Source: Piromyces finnis finn
Lineage: Eukaryota > Fungi > Neocallimastigomycota
Length of the DNA: 64,000 bases
Assembly: GCA_002104945.1 (NCBI GenBank)
Contig: MCFH01000016.1
Span: 186,001 to 250,000, forward strand
Direction: 5' to 3'
Shown here: positions 13,275-29,844 of the stretch, piece after piece
How the letters are laid out: each line of letters begins with the position of its first letter
Position numbering within the stretch: the first letter of the stretch is position 1
Made by a program: the position numbers and the translations under genes
The notes under the pieces: model-generated
Database searches by the model: none
What the model was told of the DNA's origin: nothing
The model's input: the letters and a program-made list of their open reading frames with translations, nothing else

Positions 13275-13762
13275 TTATTTATTACAAAAACACTATATAG
13301 GTATTAAAAAAAAAAAAAAAAAAAAAGGATTAATACTCAATTTAGAAATAATAAAGATAAAATAAAAAAGATAATGAAAAAATAAATTTTTTTTATATAA
13401 ACATTTTCATTTTATTTTTATGTATTTACCTTAATTTTAAATTTATTATATAATTCTTCATGATATTCTTTATGCGATTTGTTTTGGGTATCAATATAGG
13501 AAATAGTTATTTCTTCACCCTTTTTAATATATTGAGTAGAAATTAACGATAAATTATTGCTATTACTTAAATAACATATTTTTGCGTTTGGATGACAACT
13601 ATGTCTTATGTAACTTGAAATAAAATAAATGCCTAGGCCAAGAATTGATTTATCATTATCGGATCGATAGATATCCTTTATATTCTAAATATAAAAAAAA
13701 TTTTAATAATCATAAATATACATTATATTTATATTATATTTCATTTTACTAATTATTTATTA

Positions 13763-13806
<44 letters not shown>

Positions 13807-15724
13807 TAATTTACCTTTTTTATTTTAATTGTTTCATTTGATGTTATTCCAATGGTATTATATAAAATTTTTTGTTTTAAAATTTGATACATATCATCCG
13901 TAAAAACTGTTATATGTATACATATTTTATTTATATATAAAATAATAATAATAATTAAATAAAAAAATAAATAAAATAAATAACATGGAATATTATTTTA
14001 ATTATATATATTATATATTATATATAAAATGGCTTATTTTACTAACAGTCTTCAAATTCATAAAACACATCATAAAATAAAGTGTGAATTAAATTGAAAA
14101 ATTTCAAATCATTATTTGAAAATTCATTATTAATTTCAAGATCATTATTTGAAGTGGATTTAGAAAAATTTTCTATATATGGAAAAGTTTCAATATGATC
14201 CCATAGGGTATATATTACTAGGTTATCTATTAATTTTTGATTAGGATTTAATGGCGTTGAAGGTGGTGATAGGGTATAGGCTTTATTGTTTTTATTCATA
14301 ATATCTCCAATACTTTTTGATTTTTTTGGTGATTTTTGATAATGTAAAGGGGGATGATGTTGATCATTGTTGAAAAGGGGATTATTATTTGAACAATTTA
14401 ATAATTTTATTTTTTTCTTGAAACAAAGTTCATCTTGAATAATTAAAACTAAAAGCTTTAAAATAAGAAGTGGATAAAAATATTCTTTTTCCCAACACAA
14501 TTGATGGTAGTAAGTAATAATTTTTTCATTTACACCACTAGTTGTTGTTGATTTAGTTTTGGAATCAAATAATTGAAGGAAGGATTCCTTATCAATATCA
14601 ATAGGATCAAGTTGACTATCATTCTCTTGATCATCCATATTTTCCTTATCATAATTATAAAAATCATTTAATTTTATAATTTCTATATCTTGTTTATCAT
14701 CATCATTATGAATTTCAAAAGGTTGATCTTTTTCACTGGGTTCATCGGTATAATAAAAAAGGATATTATCACTGTTATCACTTTTATGATTATCGTCATT
14801 TTGATCCATTTTTCTATTATTTGATTGCGACTTTTGAGGAGGATTCATATTATTAGGCTTTGTTGATTCAATATGAATTGTCTCAACTTCAGGATAATCA
14901 TAATATATTATTTCAGATTCAATATCATAAGTTGAAATTCCATAACATGATGACATAGAAGATAAATATGACTTTTCTGAAGTTTTATCTGATATAAAAA
15001 TATTTTTAAATAATCGCTTATCTTCTTTTGCTTTTGATTCGCATTCCTTGGAACAAAAATTTTCTTTTTTTTCCACAATATTATCTGGTAAAATAATTTT
15101 TTTAAAACATGTAGGACAATATTCCTCTTTCTGCATATAATAAAATTAGGAATAAATGATAATAGCAATGATAATAATTATTATTTATTTCAGTACTATT
15201 AAGTAGTGATTGGAATAAAAAGTGATATACTTACATCTAAATATGGATTCAATATTGACACAACAGGTTTTTCAGTGTATATAATCTCACCAGGAACAAT
15301 ATCCTTTTTTGAAACAACACATATATTAATATTTTTATTTATCTTTTTATTATTTTTATTTTTTCCAAATGTTTTAATATATATGTTATTTTCTTGATTA
15401 GAAAGCCATTCTAAATACTTTTCATGTTCAGATTCTTCAAGCTTTATTGTTATATATTTTTAATAAAATAAAGAAAAAAAATAAAAAACAAAAAATTATA
15501 AATTATTCAACATAAACTGTAACATTATAACTAAATAATAATGTAAACTATATATTTACCATTTGCGTAATTATTTTTTCTATGATTTTAAAATTTCGTT
15601 TTGAAAATAATTTTTCAAGTTTAATTAAAAGTTCATTTTTGCTCTTTACATTGAAATTTTTGTTTTGGTTTGTCTTTACATTTTTTGAAATTTCCGGTTC
15701 TATTTTATTTAATATTATATTATT

Positions 15725-15755
<31 letters not shown>

Positions 15756-16194
15756 TTAGTTAAATTATATAGACATATTTTTTTTAACAGTAGTGTTAAT
15801 TGTATATTATATTTAGTAATAATGATAATAGTAATAATAATATTATTATTATTTTAATTTATTTTATTTTACTTTTTTTCTTATTTTTTTTGTTATGTTT
15901 CCGTATTTTTTTTTCATCAATTCTTTCATCAATTGCTGAGTCTTCTGTATCCTTTTCTTTTTTACTATCATTTATTCCAACTAAAATATAAATGAATAAT
16001 TTATATATTTGTAAATGATATAAAACAAAAATATATTATAGTATTAAATTTTTTTTAAAAAAGATGTATTAAAGAAAAGAGAAAAGTGAAAACCAATTAT
16101 TAATTAAGTAATTACATTTTAAGAATTGAGAGCAAATGAATAATGTAATTGAAGTTATTGTAATTCCAATTAAGACTTGTTTAGTAGTTAGCAT
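13275..16194 (-). CDS. SMYD-type SET domain protein with reduced MYND-like finger and N-terminal hydrophobic anchor, ~660 aa, 8 exons
   Basis: Exons 16194-16116, 15980-15873, 15699-15560, 15441-15235, 15130-14047, 13906-13815, 13684-13430, 13292-13275 splice with consistent phases (one AAG acceptor). SET N-half VVSKKDIVPGEIIYTEKPVV; YCPTC...FCSKEC; SET C-half ILYNTIGI...GLGIYFISSYIRHSCHPNA...IKKGEEITISYID; post-SET CFC. Confidence 0.85.
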
Positions 16195-19100
16195 TTCATT
16201 ATTTTATATTTCAAAATTTCTCTATTTCTTTCTTTCTTTTTCTTTTTTTTCTTAAAAAAGACAAATATTTAATTATTGAAAATATAACTTATTGTAAAAA
16301 CTTTGTTGTTGAGTATTATACATTGTAATTTATTAGGGAGAATATATATGATAATTACTATTAATTCATATTTTCTAATACTTCTCTCTTTTTATTTTAT
16401 TTTTTCTTCTTCCTTCCTTCCTTCTTTTCTTTCTAATATAAAAGTATTTCAATATGATTCTTATAACTGATATTTTTCATATATACAAATGATATTATTC
16501 AATAGTTGCAATTTTTATTAATTGTGAAGTTTATTAATAAAAATGTTTTTAAATCTTTTAATGATATTTAGTAAGCATTTAATAAAAAGAAAAAAAATTA
16601 TTAAATTAAGCTTTAAAAGTAATTTGTTTTCCTTCCTTTTTTTTTTTTTGAAAACAAATTAATAATATCAAAAAAAAAAAAAAAAAAAAAAAAAGAAAGT
16701 AAAAAGAAAGAAGCAATTCCAATAAGTGTAACTTTGTTTTTTATTGTGCTACATTCAAATAGAAAACTTTTTAAATGGCTATTTACAAAAAAAGTTTTTC
16801 TACAATATTTTAAATAACTTACAATATATTGATAAAAGAATAAAAAAGAAAGGAAAAGAGAAAAAAGGAAAGAAACAACGTTTTAACAATAATTAAATAA
16901 TTAGGAATATTCTTTGTTTTATATTAATTTCTTATTTTTTTATTATATTTAAAAAAAGGTCATATATACTTTTTTTTAATTAAAAGAAATGATATATTAA
17001 AAAAAATTTTTTTTTTTCAATATTAATTAAAATTTAAAATTACAAATTTAAATATATATTAATAGTATTTGAATTATTTTTATTAATGTATCGTTTATTC
17101 TATAACTCATGTTACTATTATATTACTATTATTCAAAATAAATAAACTATTTAATAATAATGATTATTTAAAGTTATTTTGATCGACTCAGTATTATTAT
17201 AAATAAGAAGTAAGAAATACTATTTTTATATAAAACGTTTTAGTTATCATCTTAATACACATTTATTAGTTCAATAATATATTTTCTTGTTAGGTATATT
17301 GTACAATTACTAAAGAAAAAAAGGAAATCAAATATTGTAGATCATTTAGTAAATATTCTTCAATAAACTAATTCTATATACTATATTATTGTTTATTATT
17401 TTTAAAAAATTGAAAAGTTGTCATTTAGAATTGTAAAATGCAATTATGTATATATATTATAGTAAAAGTTAATTTTAAAACATATAAAAAACATATATTT
17501 ATATATATATATGAATACAAGAATTGTTTTCTATTTTGTAACAATACTAATATTTATTATTTTATCAATAGTTATAATTTAATTTTTTTAATTAATATTA
17601 TTTTTATTCAAATATTATAGTCAATAATTATATATTTCTAGTCAAAATTGGAATTAAAATTTAAAAATATTAAAATAATATACATTAAAAAAGTGAAGAT
17701 TATATATGACTAAAATTATAATAGTATTGAAATAATAATAATAATAAATAATAATAATAATTAGAGTAATAATAATTATATCTATTAATTATTTATCAAT
17801 AATGTTATATATTTACATATTTTTATATTAATTATTCTTTTAATTATATAAATTAGTAATAAATAAGTATAATGAATAATAAAAATAACCATACATTAAT
17901 TCATTTTTTATTACAAATATTCTATGAGGTTTAGAAGAGAAAAAGTAGCTTTTTTTAATGTAATAAATAGTTTTATTTTAATTTAAAATTTTTAATAATG
18001 TGACAGATACATTAATTGGAAACCAATAAGGTTAAGTGGAATTATAAATTATAAAAATTTTTAATGTTACATTTTCTTTTTTTGATGGCTTTATTTTTAT
18101 AAAATAAAAAAGAAAAAAATATATTTTATTATTATCCTTCATAATTATTATATAATATATAATATTATACGTTTATTTAATTGTATCGATATTTAGTTAA
18201 CAATTAATATTTTTTGATTATCGATTTAAAAATTTATATAATATACTATATTAAGGTTACAATGAGGTGGTTGTTTAAAAAAATAAGTCATCACAATTTT
18301 TAAAAGAAATTGTAATGTATATATTATTTGCTAATACTATTAGATGTCATTAATATTGATATTGTACACTTATATTAGTTAATAATATTATTTCTAATGG
18401 TACAATAAACAATAAATTCTTATTTTTTTTTTTGTCGCCGATAATTATGTATATTATTATCAGTCGGTATTATTGTATATTACTTTACAAAAAAAAAAAA
18501 AAAAATAACAATAATACAATAATTTTTATATTTCATTTCTTTTTTTTTATTCAAAAATATATATTCTTATTTTCTGTTAATAATTGTTATATGAATATAA
18601 TACCTTTATGTACTAATAAAAGATCATTTTCTTTTAACTCTTACAGAAAAAACTTTATAATTTATTCATAGTTATAAAGTAACTATTATTATATTGCTTT
18701 TACAATGCATTAATGCATTTTTTTTAATTTCTTTTTCAAATAATGATATGTAAAGTTATTTGAAATAAAGAAATAATATTAAATGGCTTTTTTTTTTTTT
18801 TTTTTAACAATTGTACTTATTTCTTTTTTCCTTGGCTTTTATACTATATAATAAAAATTAATATAAATTATAATATTCATATCTTTATTGAAAATGTAAA
18901 TAATTAGAACGCATTTGTAAGTATTAACTATGACTTTTATTGATAAATAATATTTTATACATTAGTTATATATTTCTTTAACCTGTTTATAAACTTCTAT
19001 TATTATAAGTTCTAATGCTAGTGTAAAAAGTTTCCTCAATACTTTTATTATTTTTTTGTATTTCCGCTTTTATAAATGACAATTTTGATTTATATTATAT

Positions 19101-20078
19101 TAATATTATATTATATATATTATTATATATTATATATATTATTACCATAATTTAATTATATTAAAAAAATCATTTGTCAACTAAATATTATTCTTTTTAT
19201 CTATTTTTCTATTGTATTTTATATATTATATAATATAATATAATATATTATAAATTATATATTATATATTTATTAAGATTTTTTATTCTTTTTTGTTTAT
19301 TAGAGATAAATAAAAAGTAAATGAATGAAACTATTAATTTATTTATAAATGTATTAATTTATTTAAATGAATAATCAAATTAATCTAAATAAATAAAATG
19401 GAAAAATAATCATAAAAATTTTTATTAGTAAAAAAAAAAATTACTAATAGAAAGGTTAAAGTCCATTTTTTAGTTTTTTTAATTACTTTTAAAGTGTTAA
19501 TTTTCAAAAAAAAATATAATAATAATAATAATAATAATATATATATATATATATCTAAAAAAAGAATATTAGATATGCTTACTTATTCCATTAATTATTA
19601 TATAAAAACAAAGTAATAAAATTTAATTATAATTTTAATTATAATTATTTATTTTTTATAAATTTTGTAAAATAGGGATAATAATAAAGCTCTATTAAAA
19701 AACATTAGTAATTAAGAAATTGAATTGATGAAACATATGCTATTATAACAAAATATCGTAAAAAGAAAAAAGTTAAAAATGAAAATAAGATAATTTGAAA
19801 AAGGCTTTTTTTTACTAAAAAAAAAAGAAAGAAAAAAATAATTCATTTTTAAAAAGAGTCAATTTTTAAAATAATTATTAAATGATTAATAAAAATTATG
19901 ATAAACACAATATTTTATATATTCTATATAATCTATTTATTAATTTTTTTATATAGTAATGTAGAATTGAAAGAATCTTTATATTACTAATTTCTAGATA
20001 AAACAAAAGAAATTCATATTAAATTATATTTTATTTAAAATTTAAAATGCAAATAATATATACCATAACAAACAGATA

Positions 20079-20136
20079 AAACCAACCAACCAACCAACCA
20101 ACAAACAAACAAACAAATAAACAAACAAATAAACAA
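20079..20136. repeat. Compound tetranucleotide microsatellite (CCAA)n grading into (ACAA)n/(ATAA)
   Basis: Read directly: aaccaaccaaccaaccaaccaacaaacaaacaaacaaataaacaaacaaataaac. Confidence 0.85.
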
Positions 20137-20908
20137 AAAAAAGGAAAAAAAAATATAGAATAATTTAAATAATGTAATAATATAAAAAATGATTTAGTTC
20201 ATTTGAAGAGTTATATAATCATTCAGAATTGATTTTATATTAAAATAAAGTAAATGATATTTTAATGAAATTAATATATAATATTTAAATGTATATTAAT
20301 AACTAAAGAGATCAAATACATTAATTTTGTTATTAAGATTTCTTCAATATGATTTTATTTTATTAATAAATATATATATGCTTTTAATATTTTTAAATAT
20401 ATATTATATAAGAAAAAGATAGCTCACATATTAACTTTTTTTTTTTTAAATTTATCAGTTAATATATTTTATGCAACTTCGTATCATTTTTAATACATTT
20501 TACAGGAATTATGCAGGATTTTATAATGTAATAGATACATTATTCAGTATATTTAGCATTAAACAATAAATAGAAACTTTTAAAAATTAAAAACCACAAC
20601 AACAACAATATATATTATTTATAATAAAAGAATTCAATATTTAGAGTCAACAATAAATAGATAAATAATAAAAATAAGTAAATAAATAGAATTGTTATAT
20701 GTTGTTCAAAAATTAATAATTACAATTTTTTAAAAAAAGAGGAAATAATATTTAACATTGAAATTTTATTCGGTAAAGAATAAGAAACAGCAAAATTGTA
20801 AAATAATTAAAAAAAAAAAAAGAAAGAAAAAAAAGAAAAAGACAGCAATAACAAATCAATTTTCAATAATAAATATATTAAAAATTGAAATTCTAAAACA
20901 ATATAAAT

Positions 20909-23900
20909 ATGGATTCTCAATTTCAAACACAAGATATGCAGCAAGGAATGTGTATGTTACAATGAATATAAAAATTAAATATTATTTTTTGCTATATTAA
21001 TGATTATATTAAAATGCCTATATTTTTTTATTCAATTTATTTTTTTTATAAAAAATCTTTTTATTGTATAAATTTTAATATTTAAAAATAAAAAAAAATA
21101 TAATAAATAAAAGCAATTAATTTATTAAGAGCACAACAACAGCAGCAACTTCAATTATTACAGCAACAACAGGTTAATATTTATTTTAATATTTTAATAT
21201 ATAATTAAAAATAATTTTTATAATAAAGTATATATTTATATTTATTAATACCAACATATAATTTATTTTAATACAATATTCAAAAAAAAAAAAAAAAAAA
21301 AAAGCGATTACTACAAAAACAACAAAAGCAACTATCTAATCCACAAGGATTAGTAGGTCAAAATCAACAAATACCTATTCAATTACAATATCAACTTCAA
21401 CAACAATATCAACAACAACAGCTTCAACGAATTCAACTATTAAAGCAAAAACAATCCCAGGGAATTATTCAAAATCAGGAGAATCATGATCAAACTGCAT
21501 ATTCAAATTCATTGTTATATCAACAAAGTCAATTACTTCAACAACAGCAGTCTCAACTTTTGCAACAATCTCCTCAACAATTGACACAAAGTTTATTACT
21601 AGATCCAACTCAAACAAATATAAGCCCTACTACTATAATAAATAATTCACCAACTTTAAGTTCAAAACAAAGTATTTTTCAGCAACAATTAACCCAGCAA
21701 CAAAAATTAAAATTAATAAATCAAAATTCCGTACAACCTCAAGGAACCTTAAAAACAACCATACCTCAATTAACTGTCCAAACTAAAGTTCCAGTATCGT
21801 CAATGCCAGATCTAACAAATTCAATTACTGTAACAACCCAAACGACACAAACTCAATCGGTATTTAAAAATCCGATGCTTATAGTTGATCTTCAATCTCA
21901 ACTTTCAAGTCAACCCTCTTTAACAAGCCAAATACCAACATCCGTAATTAATCTTGATCAATTCACAAAAAATAGTACATTAAATATACCAACAAGTACT
22001 AATGAATTATTAACTACAACACCGTCCTCAACTAGCGCCTTTGTATCTTCTGCATTAGCAGTATCTTCAATAGCTTCATTAGATTCATTGTCTAAAACAT
22101 TACCTATCCCTTCATCATTGGCTTCTACTCAACCTATGACTGCCCAAATTACTTCATTATCACCAATAAATAAATCGCAAACACCATTAAAGCTCTCACA
22201 GGCTCAATTACAGTCTCATTTAGAAAAACATATAAAAGCAAATAAAAAATCACCATCAGTAAAGGATTCAATAGGTGTACCAATACCAACGGTAAATTCA
22301 ACTAATAGAACTTTTCAAAATTTGAATCAAATAACTAACTCGGCTAAACCTACATCTTCAACTGCTATCACACAACCTTCATTTGTAAATATTTCCTCCA
22401 ATAATGTAACTGTATCAGCAAATTCTGCTAATAACACAGAAACAGTAGCAGCTTCTTCTAATACCCCTATTATTACAACGACAACTACTACTAGTTCAAC
22501 TTCGACAATAGCTACTGAAAAAAAGAAAGCTAAGAGAATACCATCAACCTCAATTAACTTCATGACGATACCAACACCTACAACAAAAGGGTTAAATAGT
22601 ACTTTATCCAGTAATGATTATCAAAATTATCAAAGTTTGATTCAACTACAGACTCCACAAAAACAAAATGTAAATTTACCTCAACTAGCTAATAATTCCA
22701 AAATTAGAATATCCTCACAGGACACTTTAAAAAGTGGACTAGAACAATTAACTTCCCCAAATAATCTACTTTTGAATGGATTAACAGTAAATTCATCTAC
22801 AAGTTCATTAAATAATAATAATAATAGTAATAATAATAATAATAATAACAATAACAACAACAACAATAACATCAACAACAACAATAATAACACAACGAAA
22901 ACAAAGAAAAATATCATTACTCCTACATTAGAAAATACCACAAAAAAAGCAAGTTCATCATTGGATCAAACTTCTTCGCTTAAAACCCCACAAACTCCAG
23001 CATTGAATTCCACAAGTAAAACAGAATCTGTTACAAAAAATAAATCACTTTTTAATAAACCGGACACCATTAATCATATTAATATTAATTACAGTAATGA
23101 AGACATAAATTCTGTTTTATACGGAAAATTAGCAAATAATTTTAATGTTAATAAAACAAGTGCAGATGTATCACCATTAAACCCATCCTATAATAGTAAA
23201 ACCTTGATTAATCCAATTTATGGTCAACAACCGTCCTCTCAAAATGAAAAGATTATGTAATATATACTTTATTCTAATTAATTATTAAATAATTTATTAC
23301 CTCATTAATTTTTCATAAAATTTTCAAAAGATTTATTAAAAAAAAAAAAAAAGGAAAATTATCACTAACTTATTATTAAATTATTTATGTTATACAGAAG
23401 CAAAGGAAGTTACTTTTTAAAATGTCATCAATTTTTTTATGTATTAGGGAAGGTGTCAAAGGTTAATAACAATGATTTTTTTTTTTTTTTTAAAATACTC
23501 ATAATCTAATATCTTTATTATATACACATGTTTGTTATATTTCTAATATAACAGTATAGAGATATTTCATTTTGGAAAAGATTTTCAATTAATTATTTTT
23601 CAGACAAAGCTGTCTTTAAAATAAATATATTAAACATTAAATTCATTGGTAAATATTATATAACTATACAATATAAAAATTAATCATTAAAAAATAAATT
23701 TATGTTGTTTAAAAAAAAGTTTTTATCAATGTTTATTAAGTATTTTCATTGAAATAAATATTAATAATTTAATTTAAATCAATTTTATTTTTAAATAGAA
23801 TTGAAAAGAGCTATTATACCACAATATTTTGATGTCATAGCAAAATCTGAAGTTACCTCTACGAACGTTTTATTTGGATCAATTGATGAAAAATACCCAG

Positions 23901-24073
23901 GTGATGGATCATGTAATTTAGAAGCAAAAGATTCTGTTTTAGTTTATTGTTATGAAAGTGTTCAAGTAAGATTAATATATTATAATGAAAAAAATCTTTT
24001 TTTTTATATATATATATATGTACTATAATTAAAATAATTCCTTTAGAAAAAAGTTTAATTTTTCATGTTTCTA

Positions 24074-24159
<86 letters not shown>

Positions 24160-25522
24160 ATAATATACAATTATCTTTTTAATGATTATAGATTCATTGG
24201 CATTGTAAATTAAAAATAATATTCAACAAAAATGGAAAAATAGAATTAATAGATGTTATTGTAAAAGATATTAAAAAGTTTTATGAAAATAGTCCTTACC
24301 CAAAAAGCAATTATCCCGTACTTAATGAATTTGGTATGTCAACCACCTTAAAAAGATTTATAGAGGTAATAAAATTAACATGTATATTATTATTTATAAT
24401 AGGTTTATTTATAATTGGTAATAATTAAATTAATAATACAAATAATTTATTATAAAAACTTTTTTTTTTTTTTTAGATTTATGAAGTACTAGATAAAATG
24501 GATGATTTAATAAATTGTAGTATTTCATGGAACCTTGGACCAAAAAGTATTGTATAAAACTATTTCTTTATAGATTAAATTTAAATAAATATTAATTTTT
24601 ATTTTTTGTTTTTTATGATAATAGAAACGTTAAGTAGATACGCTTCACAATATCTCCAAGAATTAAAGCCAAACTCTGCTGGTGTTGCTCAACAAATAAA
24701 TAATTTAAATTTAAATCAAATGAATAGCGCTCCATCACCAACATTATCATTATCTATGAACAATACTAAAAATTATAATATTAATACCCTATTAGATATG
24801 GATATGATGCCACCACCACAAGCACCCTCTACTTCAAATTCTGCTCATTCTTCAAATCTAAATTCTACTTCAGATAATATAGTAAATTCCCTAAATAATA
24901 ATTTAGTAGGTTCCGTTTTATCTACTTCTTTGTCTCCAACAACCGATGTCATCAATGCTCTAAGTACCGGTGGTGTAAATTCTATTAATGTGAGTAACAA
25001 TGGAACATTGAATATAAGCCCAATCAATACAAATTTAGCGGGTAATGTCACACTTAACCTTCCCCATTCATCCTCTGTTCTTTCCAATATATCAGCAACC
25101 AATACAGCCCTTAATACAGCGGGAATTAATTTAGATGTAAGTTCAGCTGCTGCTTTATCTAGTGCTATTTCAACTGTTAATTTTAATACTTTATCGAATA
25201 TAAATTTGAATACAAAACCAAACTTATCTAGTAAGTATCCCCTCCCTTTTTTTTTTAATAACACCTATTATAAATAATTTTTATTTATTTATTTATTATT
25301 AATTAATTAGAAATTACAATTAATAATACTTTAATAATATTTATTAATTTTCATATATATATATTTTTTTTTCATTTATACAATTTCATTTACAAAGATT
25401 CTCTTTCACCTTTACCAATGGAATTAGTAGGAGAAGGTGAACCCAAACCAAAAAAGTTAAAAACAAATATTTCTCATCATGTCAATGTTAAATTAAAACC
25501 ATTACGACAAGAACCAATGTAA
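20909..25522 (+). CDS. LIM-domain-binding (Ldb1/Chip; fungal Mfg1/PtaB/Adn1-like) transcriptional co-regulator with Q-rich and S/T/N-rich regions
   Basis: Multi-exon model starting MDSQFQTQDMQQG; large exon ~21306-23256. Small exons ~23398-24660 encode YRDISFWKRFSINYFSDKAVF...IIPQYF...IHWHCKLKIIFNKNGKIELID...SNYPVLNEFGM...IYEVLDKMDDLINCS...GPKKTLSRYA, which fits the LIM_bind domain layout. Last exon ends EPKPKKLK...QEPM* at 25522. The first splice junction is ambiguous. Confidence 0.75.
24074..24157. repeat. Perfect (ATT)28 intronic microsatellite
   Basis: Read directly, inside an intron of the LIM-binding-domain gene. Confidence 0.95.
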
Positions 25523-26634
25523 AATTACAAGCAAGCACATTATTATTACAAAGAAAAAAAAATTTTTTTTTCTTCTTCATGATATTTACTTTCTTCTAAT
25601 AAAATAAATAAAACATCAACATAAGTTTATTATTTCTACCTATAAATCTTTAGAAATATCAGTTTTTTTTTTTCTATAACTAAAAAAAAAAAAAAAAAAA
25701 AAAAAAATCAAATAATTTTTGAAAGCCAAATGAAAAATATTTGATTTAAAAAGATATTATATATAATTTTTATAATTATATAATTGATTTATTTAATTAT
25801 TATTTCATTTTATTTCTTTGCTAGAGGAAAGAAATAAACAAGTAAATAATAATAATAAAAAAAAAAAAAAAATTTTTTTTACTTTTTATTTTTATATATT
25901 ATTATATTATTATTATAAATATATATATATATATTATCAATAATTAAGCATTCCTTTATATATATATATAATTGTATTATTATTCTTTATTCTTATTAAG
26001 ACAATTTAATCTACAGATCTAACTAATCAAATAAACATAACATTATTATTAAAATAATATCTATATCTATATCTATATATTATTATAGTTTTATCCTTTT
26101 ATTTTTTTTTTTTTTTTCTATATATCATATAGTATAGCGTGAAAATAAAATCCATATTAAAAAAAAAAAAAAGAAAAAAAGAAAAATAATAAATATTTTT
26201 ATAAACGTATTATATTTAAATAGATATATCTTTTTTCTTATGTTTTTATTGTTATTTGAAAGAATCATGGATAATATAGAATAAAAAAAAAAAAAAAAAA
26301 AGAATTGAATAATAATTTCTTTTGAATTATTATTGAAGAATGAGAAAAATTAAAAGTCCTTTTTTTTTTTTTTTTTTTTTACCACACTATGTAGCTTACT
26401 TTATATTTTAATTAAATTATTAATAAATAAAATTACAGTAGTATCGAAATCTAAAAAAAAAAAAAAAAAAAAAAAAAGATAACATTTTTTTTATTATATA
26501 TATAGACAGGGAAATAATTAAAGTAGTCAAGTTCTTTCCCCTTTTTCAATTCTGCATTCCAATTATTACCTATATAAAAAATATTTCATTATTACTCATT
26601 CCATTTGTCAATATAAAACAGTTTTATTTTTCGA

Positions 26635-26667
<33 letters not shown>

Positions 26668-27070
26668 TTTTTTTAATTTTATTTTTGATATATACGCTTT
26701 TTTTTTTTTTTTTAATATTTTTTAATCATTGACATGAAATATGTTTTTTTTTTTTTTTTTTTTCATTTCAATTACTAAAAAATACTAGATCATTATATTT
26801 TATATTAATTCAATGTTTAAAAAAAAGAAATTTTATATATATATATATAAAAAAAAAAGTATTAAAAATTAAAATAAAAAATGTTCTACTATTTATTTAA
26901 ATATATTTGATATAATCGAATAAAGATAAAAAAATTTAAAAGAACATTCGGTATTTTTCTTTATTATACAAGAATTATTATATTTTCAATTTATTTTGAA
27001 TCTTCATATGAAACCGTTTCTTCTATTATAATATAAAATTTTCTATTTTGAAAAGATAAATTGATGTGAT

Positions 27071-28527
<1,457 letters not shown>

Positions 28528-29844
28528 CTTGTCTTAACTATTTACTATAAAAAAATAATAGTATATATTAATAAAATATTAATAAAATTTTATTTTAATA
28601 AATTCTATGTTAATATAAATATCCTTATAGCTATATAAAAAGTAAATATATATAATTTTATATCTTAATAAAATATTATTATAAACCAATTTGAGTATCT
28701 ACGTTTTTTTTTATTATTGTTGGTTTTTTTTTTTTTTTTTGTCAAAAAATTTTCTTTATATAATATGAAAAGTTATTTTTGTTTGTTAAAAGAATATTGA
28801 AATTTTTATGACTATTATAAATAAAAACTTTAGAATTGGACATCTATATATAGTAAGCTTTCAATATTTAAATATATTATTATTTTATTATTATGAATAA
28901 TTTTTGGTGTATTTATATGCCAATGTTTTTATTATTCTATACTGAACAAGTAAATTGATGAAAAATTAAAAAATGACTATTTATTATTTATCCTTTTTCT
29001 TTTTTTAAAAAATATATATCTATATAGTATTTTTCTTTCTTTTTTTCCCCCTTTTTTTTGTAATACTTGCTTTGCTCAACACTAGTTCTATATTTGCATC
29101 TATGTCAGTACTTTTTCAATTTGAAAGATGAAAATATCAAAAATAAATAAATAATAAGAATTGAAAGTAACTCTATATATTTACTTTATAAAGAAGAAGA
29201 AGAAAAAAAGATATATAGGAATGTTTTTTTTTTTTTTTGGTTTTTAGTTGTTTTTTTAATGGTATAATAATATGAACGATTCAAAAATTGTTCAAACTTT
29301 AAAATGCTTTTTTTTTACAATTGATTTAATTTAAAATAAAAGAAAGGTCACTTTTTTTAAAAAAAAAAAAAAAAAAAAATATTATTATTTCTTTTTAAAT
29401 TAATAATAATAAATATTATCAAATAATAATAATCATTTTATATTATTAAATATTATTAAATCGTTTTAGATTTTGGATGGTTTATTTTAGTAAATCAACA
29501 CAAATTAAATAATAGAACTCTATTTATTAATAAAATTGAAAAAAATTTTTTTAATCATTTTTCATGTTTTTCATTTTTTTATATTAAAACATTTTTAATG
29601 AAAATTGAATTTTTATTTATTTTTATATATATTATAATATATTATAATATATAAATATAATATTAAAGTGAAGCAAATGATTCTCATTTAATCCCTTGTC
29701 GTTTTTAATTGAAAATAAAATTTTATATATTATTTAATTCATTCAATACATTATAATATATGGATGTTTCCTTTACCTATTTTAATAATTTTGTCAAAAA
29801 AAGGTAGAGTCAAACTATAAAAAGGTGAATTGTAAAGAAAGTAT

